64,000 nt of DNA from an uncultured Clostridia bacterium (GTDB lineage Bacteria; Bacillota; Clostridia; Christensenellales; UBA1242), in NCBI GenBank assembly GCA_944380265.1, contig CALWGY010000001.1, positions 229,697 to 293,696 on the forward strand. The letters are read 5' to 3'. Position numbers and translations under genes: made by a program. Shown piece by piece: positions 9,913-18,874 of this stretch. The number at the start of each line of letters is the position of its first letter. The stretch's first letter is position 1. The notes beneath the pieces were generated by a model, which worked only from the letters and a program-made list of their open reading frames with translations, was not told where the DNA came from and searched no databases.

Positions 9913-10644
9913 TTAAACCAATAAATTTACTTTTTTATTAAAAATGTAATAGATAATTTTGAAGGTGTTGTTTGTTAGCATTCCGGCACAATGCAAATTT
10001 ATTGTTTTTGGTGCAAGTGTTATTAAACCCGAAATTAGTTCCAGTTCAATGTTGTTTGTTTTTAGTGCTTCGTTAAACACAATTATGTTATTGTTTTCAT
10101 CAGCAAGCACAAAATTGCTTCCGTTAAAATAGACATCAATGCTTTTTCTTTTTGGTGTTATGGAACTTATTAAAAATTTTAACATTTCCAAAAATGTTTC
10201 ACTTTCCAAAAATAAAGTGTTGTTTGCACAAACGCTTGCAATTTGTTCCCATTTTAGTTGCAAGCTTTTTAGTTTGAATTTATAAAACGAATCTAGCACC
10301 AAACCATAATTTAATTCCAATTTGTTTAAAACTTCAAAAAAATCTTCTTCAAAATTAAAAAGTATTAAGCACTTAACAAATGCAGTTTTAAATTCGGCAC
10401 TTAAATTTTTTAGGTTTAGCATGTTTAAAAAATATTTTTCTTTATAAATTAACACAATGCTTTCGGCAATAATTCTTTTTAGTTTTTCAATAATTTTTAG
10501 TTTGAATTTTTCTTCGCATGCAATGCTTAATGAGTTGTTGTTTAAAGCAGTTATAACATTGACGTTTTTAAATTTTATAGATTTTTCAATATATGACAAA
10601 TGCTTAACATCGTTTTGGTTTGTTTCAATAAAAAATTCCCACAT
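9913..10644 (-). CDS. hypothetical protein, possibly YtxC-like (position-based guess)
   Basis: 243-aa ORF immediately upstream of thrS, which is where ytxC lies in Bacillus. I cannot verify sequence similarity by eye. Confidence 0.4.
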   Translation of the reverse strand: MWEFFIETNQNDVKHLSYIEKSIKFKNVNVITALNNNSLSIACEEKFKLKIIEKLKRIIAESIVLIYKEKYFLNMLNLKNLSAEFKTAFVKCLILFNFEEDFFEVLNKLELNYGLVLDSFYKFKLKSLQLKWEQIASVCANNTLFLESETFLEMLKFLISSITPKRKSIDVYFNGSNFVLADENNNIIVFNEALKTNNIELELISGLITLAPKTINLHCAGMLTNNTFKIIYYIFNKKVNLLV

Positions 10645-10727
10645 AAAATTTCCTTTCTTAAAAAATAGTATATGAAAATTTGATTGAAATATTTATTAAG
10701 ATTAATTTGATTAATAAAACTTTTATG

Positions 10728-10760
10728 TAAAAAAAACACTTTAACAAAAAAGTTAAAGTG
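10728..10760 (-). terminator. rho-independent terminator after the glycerol-3-P oxidoreductase operon
   Basis: Hairpin CACTTTAAC(10737-10745)/GTTAAAGTG(10752-10760). On the minus strand it is followed by an 8-nt U-run. Confidence 0.65.
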
Positions 10761-10805
10761 CTTATATTTTTTAGTGTTTTTTAATGTTTAAAATTATTTT
10801 TAGCT

Positions 10806-11144
10806 TTAAATTTGGTAGTTTCCAGTAACAACAACATCAACACCAAGGCTACAAACATTTTTTATTACCACATCGCCTGCTTTTGCACTGTTAACAAAAA
10901 CCTTTTCAATTTCGGCTAAAACATCTTTAATTTTGTTTTTTGGAACAAGATTTGTTGTTTTAACTGGCAAAACACCTTTTTTTGTTTGGATTAGTGCTGT
11001 AACCATTCTCATTGGGTTTGTTAGTTCTGATTTTCCATAAGTTTCGCCACGAACACACGAGTTGCCAGTAACTTTTATTTCATTTCCAACTTTTTCAACT
11101 GTTAATTCACAGCCAACCGGACACATTATGCAAACTGTTTTCAT
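10806..11144 (-). CDS. DUF1667 domain protein (small Cys-rich subunit of the anaerobic glycerol-3-P oxidoreductase cluster)
   Basis: 112-aa ORF starting MKTVCIMCPVGCELTV..GNSCVRG. Its start overlaps the stop of the upstream FAD oxidoreductase gene. Confidence 0.75.
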   Translation of the reverse strand: MKTVCIMCPVGCELTVEKVGNEIKVTGNSCVRGETYGKSELTNPMRMVTALIQTKKGVLPVKTTNLVPKNKIKDVLAEIEKVFVNSAKAGDVVIKNVCSLGVDVVVTGNYQI

Positions 11145-12376
11145 TACTGCCCCCTTACTAAAACTGTTACATCGCCTGTAATTTTAGATTTTTCAATTTC
11201 TATTTTTTGCATTTCGCCAGCATTTGCAGCCAAAACAAATTTTGAATAAATTTCTTTTCCATCACAATTTAAGGTTATAAACGATTTTGTTATTCTTGCA
11301 CTTAGTCTAAAATATATAACCAAATTGTTTGAGTCAGACAAATATGCTTCGGTTGGAGAAACATATTTAACACCATTTCCTGCAACAACCTTAATTGGCT
11401 TGTTGTAAGATAATTTTCCTAATGCAAATTTTGCTGCATTTTTGCCCGCAAGCATGCTTTCTTCCGTAACATTATCAACAAGGTCATGCACATGCAAAAC
11501 ATTTCCACAACTAAAAACTCCTGGCAAATTGGTTTCTCTGAACTCGTTAATAAATGCACCACCGGTTGCGGGATTTATGTTTAAGCCCTTAACCAAGTCA
11601 ACTTCCGGAATTAATCCAACCGACAAAATTAAGCAGTCGCATTTAACAAATTTTTCGGTTTCTGGTTTTGGAGTGAATCCATCAACTTCGGCAACATAAA
11701 CACCTTCTAACCTTGTGTTTCCAACAACACGAGTTACGGTGTGTTTTAGTTTTAATGGAATGTTGTTGTCGTTTAGGCACTGAACAATGTTTCGTTTTAG
11801 TCCGCCAGACTCGGGCATAATTTCCAAAACTTCCAAAACTTTTGCTCCTTCATAGGTTAATCTGCGTGCCATAATTAAGCCAATGTCGCCCGAACCCAAA
11901 ATAACAACATTTTTGCCAGGTAATTTTCCATGAACGTTAACCATTTTTTGCACCTGACCTGCTGTGTAAACCCCAACAGGACGAGAGCCCAAAAGGGTTA
12001 TGCCAGCAGGTGTTTTTTCACGACAGCCCATGGCAAGAACAATTGCTTTTGCTTTAACCAAAGTTTGTCCGTTTTGATTGATTATTGTAACATTTAAGCC
12101 ATCTATGTTAATTACAAAAGTGTTAAGCAAAACATCAACTTTTGTTTGTTTTAGCAAGTTTTCAAATCTAATGGCATATTCTGGCCCTGTTAGTTCTTCC
12201 TTGAAATAATGCAAACCAAAACCATTGTGAATGCATTGGTTTAAAATTCCACCCAGTTTTTCGTTACGTTCAATAATTAATGTTTTTGCACCTTGTTTAT
12301 AACTTTCAATGGCAGCAGCCATTCCAGCAGGTCCGCCACCAATTACGCAAACGTCATAGTTTAATACTTTTCCCAT
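11144..12376 (-). CDS. NAD(P)/FAD-dependent pyridine-nucleotide-disulfide-type oxidoreductase
   Basis: 410-aa ORF with two Rossmann GxGxxG motifs (VIGGGPAGMAAA, ILGSGDIGL). Middle gene of the three-gene cluster. Confidence 0.8.
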   Translation of the reverse strand: MGKVLNYDVCVIGGGPAGMAAAIESYKQGAKTLIIERNEKLGGILNQCIHNGFGLHYFKEELTGPEYAIRFENLLKQTKVDVLLNTFVINIDGLNVTIINQNGQTLVKAKAIVLAMGCREKTPAGITLLGSRPVGVYTAGQVQKMVNVHGKLPGKNVVILGSGDIGLIMARRLTYEGAKVLEVLEIMPESGGLKRNIVQCLNDNNIPLKLKHTVTRVVGNTRLEGVYVAEVDGFTPKPETEKFVKCDCLILSVGLIPEVDLVKGLNINPATGGAFINEFRETNLPGVFSCGNVLHVHDLVDNVTEESMLAGKNAAKFALGKLSYNKPIKVVAGNGVKYVSPTEAYLSDSNNLVIYFRLSARITKSFITLNCDGKEIYSKFVLAANAGEMQKIEIEKSKITGDVTVLVRGQ

Positions 12377-12387
12377 AATATTTTCCT

Positions 12388-13800
12388 TTATTTTTTAGGA
12401 TTTATGTTTGAAACATAAAAATTTGAACCCAAGTTTTCTTTTACAACTTCATTTTCTGGAATTTTGCAAGTTTTGCTTATTGTGCTTATTACTTTTGTTA
12501 AGCAAAAACCACCTTGACACCTGCCCATTCCTGCCCTAACACGGCGTTTAACAGCATCAACACTGTTTGGTTTTAATGGCGAATTTAATGCTTCCTTAAT
12601 TTCGCCTAAACTAACGCATTCGCATTTGCAAATAATTTTTCCGTAATCTGGATTGGATTTAATTAAAGCATTACGCTTGCTTTCGGTTAAATCGTTTAAG
12701 CATGTGTAAGGTTTGCGTTTTATCATTTTTTTGTCGGGAGCTTTTATGTTTAAAAGTTCTTCTGCAACATATTCTGCAATGGCAGGAGCACTTGTTAAGC
12801 CTGGTGAACAAATTCCTGCAAGGTTAACAATATTTGGTTTTGCTTTTGAAAGTTCAACAACAAAATCATCTCCGCAAATTGTTCTAACGCCAGCAAAGTT
12901 TCGAATGTTCTTTTTAAATGGAACATTTTTAATAATTCCGCTTGCCTTTTGCACAATTTCGTTTAAACCATTTAAAGTTGTTATGGTGGAACTATCGCTA
13001 ACATATGAAGTTGGACCAACAATTGTTTGACCATGCACTGTTGGAGTTATTAGCACACCCTTACTAAATTTGCTTGGAAGTGGAAAAATTGTTAAATTTG
13101 TTATTGGATTTTCTAGTTTATCAAGCAAATAATATTCCCCACGTCTAAATTCAATTTCGTGTTGTTCTGCTCCTAAAATTTTTGCAACTTCGTTGTAGCC
13201 TGCTCCTGCCGAGTTAATTATGGTTTTTGCACAAACTTCAAAATTTTTGGCACTTAATTTGTAACCTGAATCAACTTTTTCGCATTTAAAAATTTCGGTG
13301 TTAAACACCACTTTTGCACCATTTAAAACTGCTTCTTCGGCAAGTGCTATGGCAAACAAATATGGCGAAGAAATTGCAGAAGTTTCCGCATATAAACCAA
13401 CTGTTATGTTGTCACTTAGGCTTGGAACTTTTTTAATTAATTCTTCACGGTTTAGAATGTGAAGCCCCGTAACACCATTTTTAATGCCACGATTATATAA
13501 GTCTTTAACAACATCTAATTCTTGGCCCACAACAAGTGCACCACAATTGTTAATTGGAACACCCAATTGTTTTGTAAGTTCCTTCCAAAGTTTGTTGCCC
13601 CTAACATTAAATTTTGCTTTTAATGTGTTTGGTTTGCAATCGAAACCAGCATGAATTATGCCACTGTTTGCTTTTGTTGCACCAAGCGCAACATCGTTAC
13701 CTTTTTCAATTAAAATTACTTTTAAGTTTTTTCTGGTTAGTTTGTTTAAAATTGCACAACCAACAACACCACCACCAATTATTGCAACATCATAATTCAT
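12388..13800 (-). CDS. FAD-dependent glycerol-3-phosphate dehydrogenase/oxidase with C-terminal BFD-like [2Fe-2S] domain
   Basis: 470-aa ORF. N-terminal dinucleotide fold is DVAIIGGGVVGCA. The C-terminus has CKCECVSLGEI ... GRCQGGFC. Divergent from glpK. Confidence 0.8.
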   Translation of the reverse strand: MNYDVAIIGGGVVGCAILNKLTRKNLKVILIEKGNDVALGATKANSGIIHAGFDCKPNTLKAKFNVRGNKLWKELTKQLGVPINNCGALVVGQELDVVKDLYNRGIKNGVTGLHILNREELIKKVPSLSDNITVGLYAETSAISSPYLFAIALAEEAVLNGAKVVFNTEIFKCEKVDSGYKLSAKNFEVCAKTIINSAGAGYNEVAKILGAEQHEIEFRRGEYYLLDKLENPITNLTIFPLPSKFSKGVLITPTVHGQTIVGPTSYVSDSSTITTLNGLNEIVQKASGIIKNVPFKKNIRNFAGVRTICGDDFVVELSKAKPNIVNLAGICSPGLTSAPAIAEYVAEELLNIKAPDKKMIKRKPYTCLNDLTESKRNALIKSNPDYGKIICKCECVSLGEIKEALNSPLKPNSVDAVKRRVRAGMGRCQGGFCLTKVISTISKTCKIPENEVVKENLGSNFYVSNINPKK

Positions 13801-14049
13801 AGCATACCCCTAAAAAATTTTGTTTAATTTACGAAAAATTTAAAAATTACTTTTTAATTTGTTTTAAATTATGTTCTTTTATTTTTTACACTTTAACTTT
13901 AAAAATGTAATTACTAAAACTTAAAAAACTAATTACTAACTAATTATATCAAAAAAAGATTAAATAACTAAATAAATAACTAATTTGTTTTAAATTTTTT
14001 ACAAAATTTGTTAAAATGAAAGCAAGTTAAAATTAGGGGGTAATTTTTT

Positions 14050-15522
14050 TTGAACAAAAAATATATTTTAGGGATTGATGAAGGAACAACAAGTGTTAGA
14101 ACTGTTTTGTTTAACACCGACACAAACGAAATTGAAAACATTGAAAAAGTTAAATTTCATCAATACTACCCAAAGCCTGGCTGGGTTGAACATGATGCCG
14201 AAGAAATTTGGAATGCAACTTTAAAAACATTAAACGACACAATTGAAAAGTTTAATTTAACGCAAGATAATGTTTTTGGCATTGGTATAACTAATCAGCG
14301 TGAAACCACTGTTGCATGGAACAAGTTAACAAACAAAAGTGTTTGCAAAGCAATTGTTTGGCAATGCAGGCGCACAGCAGATTTTTGTAAAACCATAAAA
14401 AACAAAATTTACATTAAAAAAGCCACAGGGCTTATTGTTGATGCATATTTTTCAGCAACAAAAATGAGATGGATGCTTAATAATGAACCAGAAGTTAAAA
14501 AGTTAGCAAAAACCAACAACTTGCGTTTTGGAACAATTGATGCGTTTTTGGTTAGTAAATTAACAAATGGAAAAAGTTTTTACACCGATGTTACAAATGC
14601 ATCACGCACCATGCTTTACAACATTTCAAAAAATTGTTGGGATGAAAAACTTTTAAAACAGTTTGGCATAAGCAAAAATTGGTTACCTGAAATTAAGCCT
14701 TGTAGTTACAATTTTGGAATGGCAGAAACAATTTGTGGAGATATTCCAATTTTAAGCATTATTGGCGACCAACAATCATCACTGTTTGGTCAAGGTTGCT
14801 TTTTTGAAGGTATGGCAAAATGCACATATGGAACAGGTGCTTTTATTTTGATGAACACAGGCGATGTTTTGGACATTTCCAACAAAAAAATGTTAACCAC
14901 TGTTGCATGGAAAATTGGCAACAAAACAACATATGCTTTGGAAGGTAGTGTTTTTAATGCTGGTGCTGCCCTTGAATGGGGAAACAGGCTTGGACTTTTT
15001 AACAACTCGCGTGAAACTTCTGCCCTTGCCGAAAGCATTCCTTCAAACGAAGGTGTTTATTGTGTTCCAGCATTTACTGGTTTGGGTGCACCATATTGGG
15101 ATTCGGAAGCAAAAGGAATTATTTGTGGAATTACTGGTGGAACAACAAAAGCACATGTTAGCCGTGCAATTTTGGAAAGCATGGCATATTCAATTTTTGA
15201 CATTATTGAAACCATGAAAAAAAGCAATATTCCACTTAAAGAACTTAGGTGTGATGGCGGAGTTAGCAAAAACGACTTTTTATTGCAATTTCAGTCGGAT
15301 ATAACTGGTGTTAAACTATTACGACAAGAAAGCATTGAAGCCACAGTTTTAGGAACAATTTACATGGCTGGATTGTCGTGTGGAAAATACAAAAACTTAT
15401 CGGAAATTTCAAAGTTAATATCATTTAAAGATGAATTTACAGCAAAAATGGACTTAAAAGAAAAAAATAAATTAATTAATGGTTGGCACAAAGCAGTTAA
15501 AAAATGCTTAACCAAAATTTAA
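14050..15522 (+). CDS. glpK: glycerol kinase
   Basis: 490-aa ORF with a TTG start after AGGGGG. ILGIDEGTTSVR, GITNQRETTVAW and the FGGY-family C-terminus are typical. Confidence 0.95.
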   Translation: MNKKYILGIDEGTTSVRTVLFNTDTNEIENIEKVKFHQYYPKPGWVEHDAEEIWNATLKTLNDTIEKFNLTQDNVFGIGITNQRETTVAWNKLTNKSVCKAIVWQCRRTADFCKTIKNKIYIKKATGLIVDAYFSATKMRWMLNNEPEVKKLAKTNNLRFGTIDAFLVSKLTNGKSFYTDVTNASRTMLYNISKNCWDEKLLKQFGISKNWLPEIKPCSYNFGMAETICGDIPILSIIGDQQSSLFGQGCFFEGMAKCTYGTGAFILMNTGDVLDISNKKMLTTVAWKIGNKTTYALEGSVFNAGAALEWGNRLGLFNNSRETSALAESIPSNEGVYCVPAFTGLGAPYWDSEAKGIICGITGGTTKAHVSRAILESMAYSIFDIIETMKKSNIPLKELRCDGGVSKNDFLLQFQSDITGVKLLRQESIEATVLGTIYMAGLSCGKYKNLSEISKLISFKDEFTAKMDLKEKNKLINGWHKAVKKCLTKI

Positions 15523-15534
15523 GGAGAAAAAAAT

Positions 15535-16416
15535 ATGCGAAAAGAAATTGTTGTTGGATATGAAAACAAAGATTTGGTTGGATACTTTTGGGATGAAGTT
15601 GCTTCTCCAAAAGCAGTTGTTCAAATTGTTCATGGAATGCAAGAACATGCAAAACGTTATGATGATTTTGCAAAGTTTTTAAACAGTAAAGGTTTCATTG
15701 TTTTTGCAAGTGATTTAAGGGGGCATGGTGAAACTTGCGGAAATGTTAAGGACCTAGGACACACAAATGGTGACATTTTCAATGAAATTGTTAAGGACCA
15801 AATTATTATTACGGAACTTTTACAAAAACAATATGGCTTGCCTGTTTATGTTTTGGGTCATTCCTTTGGCTCGTTTATAACACAACGTTACATTCAGGAA
15901 TGTTCACTTGCAAAAAAAGTTGTTATTTGTGGCAGTGCTTACACAAAAACATTTATTATGTGGATGGGCGGACTTGTTGCAAACTTAACTGCCCTATTTA
16001 AAGGAAGTCACACCCGTGCAAGGCTTATTGAAAAACTAAGTTTTGGAAGTTACGCAAAAAATTTTGAACACGGAAACTGGTTGTGTTCTGATGAAAGTGT
16101 GTTTGAAGCATATAAAAAAGATGAATATTGCGGAACACCATTTCCTGTTTGTTTTTATAAAAGCATGTTTAAAAATGTGTTTAACAACTATAAACACTTA
16201 AAAAACATTAGTAAAGACCAGCAAGTGTTTTTAATTGCTGGTGACAAAGACCCAGTTGGTGAAAATGGAAAGTTGGTTGAAAAACTTTATGCGGTTTACA
16301 AAAAACACGGTGTTGATGTTTCATTAAAACTTTATAAAAATGACCGACACGAAATTTTGAACGGTGTTAACAAACACGAAGTTTATGCTGATGTTGTTAA
16401 CTTTTTTGAAAAATAA
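15535..16416 (+). CDS. alpha/beta hydrolase (lysophospholipase / monoacylglycerol lipase type)
   Basis: 293-aa ORF with nucleophile elbow GHSFGS plus late D and H residues (GDKDPV, DRHEIL). Co-oriented 12 nt after glpK. Confidence 0.75.
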   Translation: MRKEIVVGYENKDLVGYFWDEVASPKAVVQIVHGMQEHAKRYDDFAKFLNSKGFIVFASDLRGHGETCGNVKDLGHTNGDIFNEIVKDQIIITELLQKQYGLPVYVLGHSFGSFITQRYIQECSLAKKVVICGSAYTKTFIMWMGGLVANLTALFKGSHTRARLIEKLSFGSYAKNFEHGNWLCSDESVFEAYKKDEYCGTPFPVCFYKSMFKNVFNNYKHLKNISKDQQVFLIAGDKDPVGENGKLVEKLYAVYKKHGVDVSLKLYKNDRHEILNGVNKHEVYADVVNFFEK

Positions 16417-16446
16417 ATAAATTTTAATTAAACAAAAATACGAATT

Positions 16447-16477
16447 AAAAAACACACAATTTATGTGTGTTTTTTTG
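16447..16477 (+). terminator. rho-independent terminator of glpK-hydrolase operon
   Basis: Hairpin ACACACA-ATTTA-TGTGTGT (16452-16470) followed by TTTTTTT. Confidence 0.75.
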
Positions 16478-16540
16478 CTTAATTTGGGCAAAATTTAACA
16501 TTTTGCATAGTTTGTTTGCATAGCACGCAAATTTAATATT

Positions 16541-17653
16541 TTAAACAAGTTTGAATGTTAATGTTGAAGGGTTATGGTCGGAAAATTCAAAATTAACACT
16601 TTCACCCAAAACCAAGTTTGTTACATTTTCAACAACCACATTGTCACTTACAATAAAGCCATCTAAAACAACTGTGTAATTAACACCTTTTGTGTAAGGC
16701 ATGTCGGTTGAACGGCAAGTTGCATCATCTGTTGCAGCAGCAAAATTGAAATGCTCTGGTAAATCTTCGTTTGTAAGCTCAAACACCCACTCTGGAATTT
16801 CTTGCTCAGTTTCAAACAAATTTAAGCTGTTAGCAATGTCGTGGTTAAAGTCGCCACCAGCAATAACATAATTGCCCTTTTCATATTCGCTGGTTAAAAT
16901 TGAATTTAGTTTTTCTAGTTGTTTTTGTCTGATTTTTCCACCTTCATCGTAAGCAGACATATGTGAATTAATTAACACTAATTGTTTGCCATTTTCCAAA
17001 TTAATTCTGTTAATTGAAAAGCAACGGTCTAGGTCAAAAAATTTGTTAGGAAAACTTTCGTCAACTGGATATGAAATTCGGGTGGATTCATCAATTTTAT
17101 ACTTGCTGAATGTTGCAACTCCTGCTGTGTTTGCTCCGTGTGGGTCGTTGAATGGATACAACAAATATGCTGAATGAAAGTTTTCTGCAAATGTGTAGCC
17201 CATGTTTTCGTTTATGCCTTTAAGCATTTCCAACTGATTAACATTGTGACTGCGTGTTCCTTTTGTGTCAACTTCTTGGAAAAAATAGAAGTCGGAATTT
17301 AAGGTTTTTGCAACGTTTATTACTCCATTTGTGTTGTCTAAAACAACTTGTTTGTTTTTTGCAGTGCTGTTTTTGCCTGTAACCTCTTTTCCGTTTTTCA
17401 TTTTTCCACTATCCATAAAAAATGAAAATTCATGATTGTATGCGCCAAACCCAATGTTGTATGTTGTGATTTTGTAGGAAGTGTTGGTTTGAACAACATT
17501 TGTTTGATTATTGTTTATTTCTAGTGTTAAATTATCTTCAATTCTGTAATATTGTGCAGCAACATAAATAACATAGCCTGCAACAACTAAAATTAAAAGT
17601 CCAATTAAACTTGCAAGAACTATTGCAGTTATTTTAAAAACTTTTTTTGCCAT
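16541..17653 (-). CDS. membrane-anchored endonuclease/exonuclease/phosphatase (EEP) family protein
   Basis: 370-aa ORF with an N-terminal TM helix (ITAIVLASLIGLLILVVAGYVIYV). EEP motifs are YNIGFG, FFQEVD, GGDFNH and the C-terminal SDHNP. Confidence 0.7.
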   Translation of the reverse strand: MAKKVFKITAIVLASLIGLLILVVAGYVIYVAAQYYRIEDNLTLEINNNQTNVVQTNTSYKITTYNIGFGAYNHEFSFFMDSGKMKNGKEVTGKNSTAKNKQVVLDNTNGVINVAKTLNSDFYFFQEVDTKGTRSHNVNQLEMLKGINENMGYTFAENFHSAYLLYPFNDPHGANTAGVATFSKYKIDESTRISYPVDESFPNKFFDLDRCFSINRINLENGKQLVLINSHMSAYDEGGKIRQKQLEKLNSILTSEYEKGNYVIAGGDFNHDIANSLNLFETEQEIPEWVFELTNEDLPEHFNFAAATDDATCRSTDMPYTKGVNYTVVLDGFIVSDNVVVENVTNLVLGESVNFEFSDHNPSTLTFKLV

Positions 17654-17884
17654 TTTTGTTTTCTCCCTTAATTTCTTTTTTCCTTGGTGTTTTAAAGCAA
17701 AAACAATTGACTTATTAATTTAAGTATAACCCAAAACACTATTTAAAACAAATTAATTTTGTGTTTAAATTTTTTATGTTAATTTTATGTTTTGTAACTA
17801 TGTTTGTAACTATGATTTTAAATTTGATTATAAATAAAATAACTATTTAATTGAAAATATAATTTCAATTATTTAACACAAAAC

Positions 17885-18736
17885 TTAAATTATGGTTAAA
17901 ATTAGACCAATAATAACAATTACGCAACTAAAAAGCTTTAAAATTAAATGTTTTTCCTTGTAAATTAATCCACCCACAAACACACTAACAATTAGTGAAC
18001 TTTGCCTAAGTAATGTCATTAAAATTACGCTTGCATTTGGGTTTGATGCAGCAACAAAATGGCATTTGTCGGCAAGAAAACTTATGGCGCTTAGTGTTGG
18101 AATGAAAATGTTTGTTTTTATAGCGCAAAACTCAACTTTAGTTTTTGTTTTTAGCATAAACATTAAATAAAATATTACAATTAAAATAACGTAATAAAAT
18201 TGTAAAGTTTGTGTTTGAACTTCTATTAAAATTACTTTATCTAAAAAAACAGAAATTGAAATTATTAGTGATGCCGACAATGTTAAGAAAACATGTTTAA
18301 TTTTAACTTTTTGGTTTTTACTTTTGCCTGTTTTAAAATTCAAATTAGAAAGAGTTATTCCTAAAATTATAATAATCATGCCCAAAATTTTTAAACCACT
18401 TAATGATTCGTTTAAAAAAATTGCACCTAGTAGTGTTGAAAACAAAATTTTGCTTAACATTAAAATGCCATACAAACTAATTGGCACAAGTGTGATGGAT
18501 TTAAACCCAAGTAACCACCCCAAAAACACGCAAAAGCTTTTAAGCAAAATTAGCATAAAATTTTTAATGCTTAAATAAAAAGTTGTAACTGTGGGAACAA
18601 TTAAAACCAAACATATTAAGTTAAATAAAAGCAGAACATTTGAAACATTATTTTGTTTTAACGCTTCTTTTTTAACAATGTCGCTTGTGCCACAAAGCAA
18701 ACCATATGTTAATGATAAAATTATCCAACTATCCAT
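17885..18736 (-). CDS. EamA/DMT-family transporter
   Basis: 283-aa ORF, highly hydrophobic with about 10 predicted TM segments in a two-repeat arrangement. Confidence 0.6.
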   Translation of the reverse strand: MDSWIILSLTYGLLCGTSDIVKKEALKQNNVSNVLLLFNLICLVLIVPTVTTFYLSIKNFMLILLKSFCVFLGWLLGFKSITLVPISLYGILMLSKILFSTLLGAIFLNESLSGLKILGMIIIILGITLSNLNFKTGKSKNQKVKIKHVFLTLSASLIISISVFLDKVILIEVQTQTLQFYYVILIVIFYLMFMLKTKTKVEFCAIKTNIFIPTLSAISFLADKCHFVAASNPNASVILMTLLRQSSLIVSVFVGGLIYKEKHLILKLFSCVIVIIGLILTII

Positions 18737-18769
18737 AATATTATCATATTTTTTTTGTTTAAAATGCGT

Positions 18770-18798
18770 TAAAAAAACACACTGATTTAAGTGTGTTT
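18770..18798 (-). terminator. rho-independent terminator after cadA
   Basis: Hairpin ACACACT/AGTGTGT (18777-18797), flanked by an A-run and a T-run so it may work in both directions. Confidence 0.65.
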
Positions 18799-18874
18799 TT
18801 AATTAATTTTTTGTTTAAATTTTATTAACTTTATTTTAGATTTATTACTTACTTTTAATTTGTAAGTTTTAAAT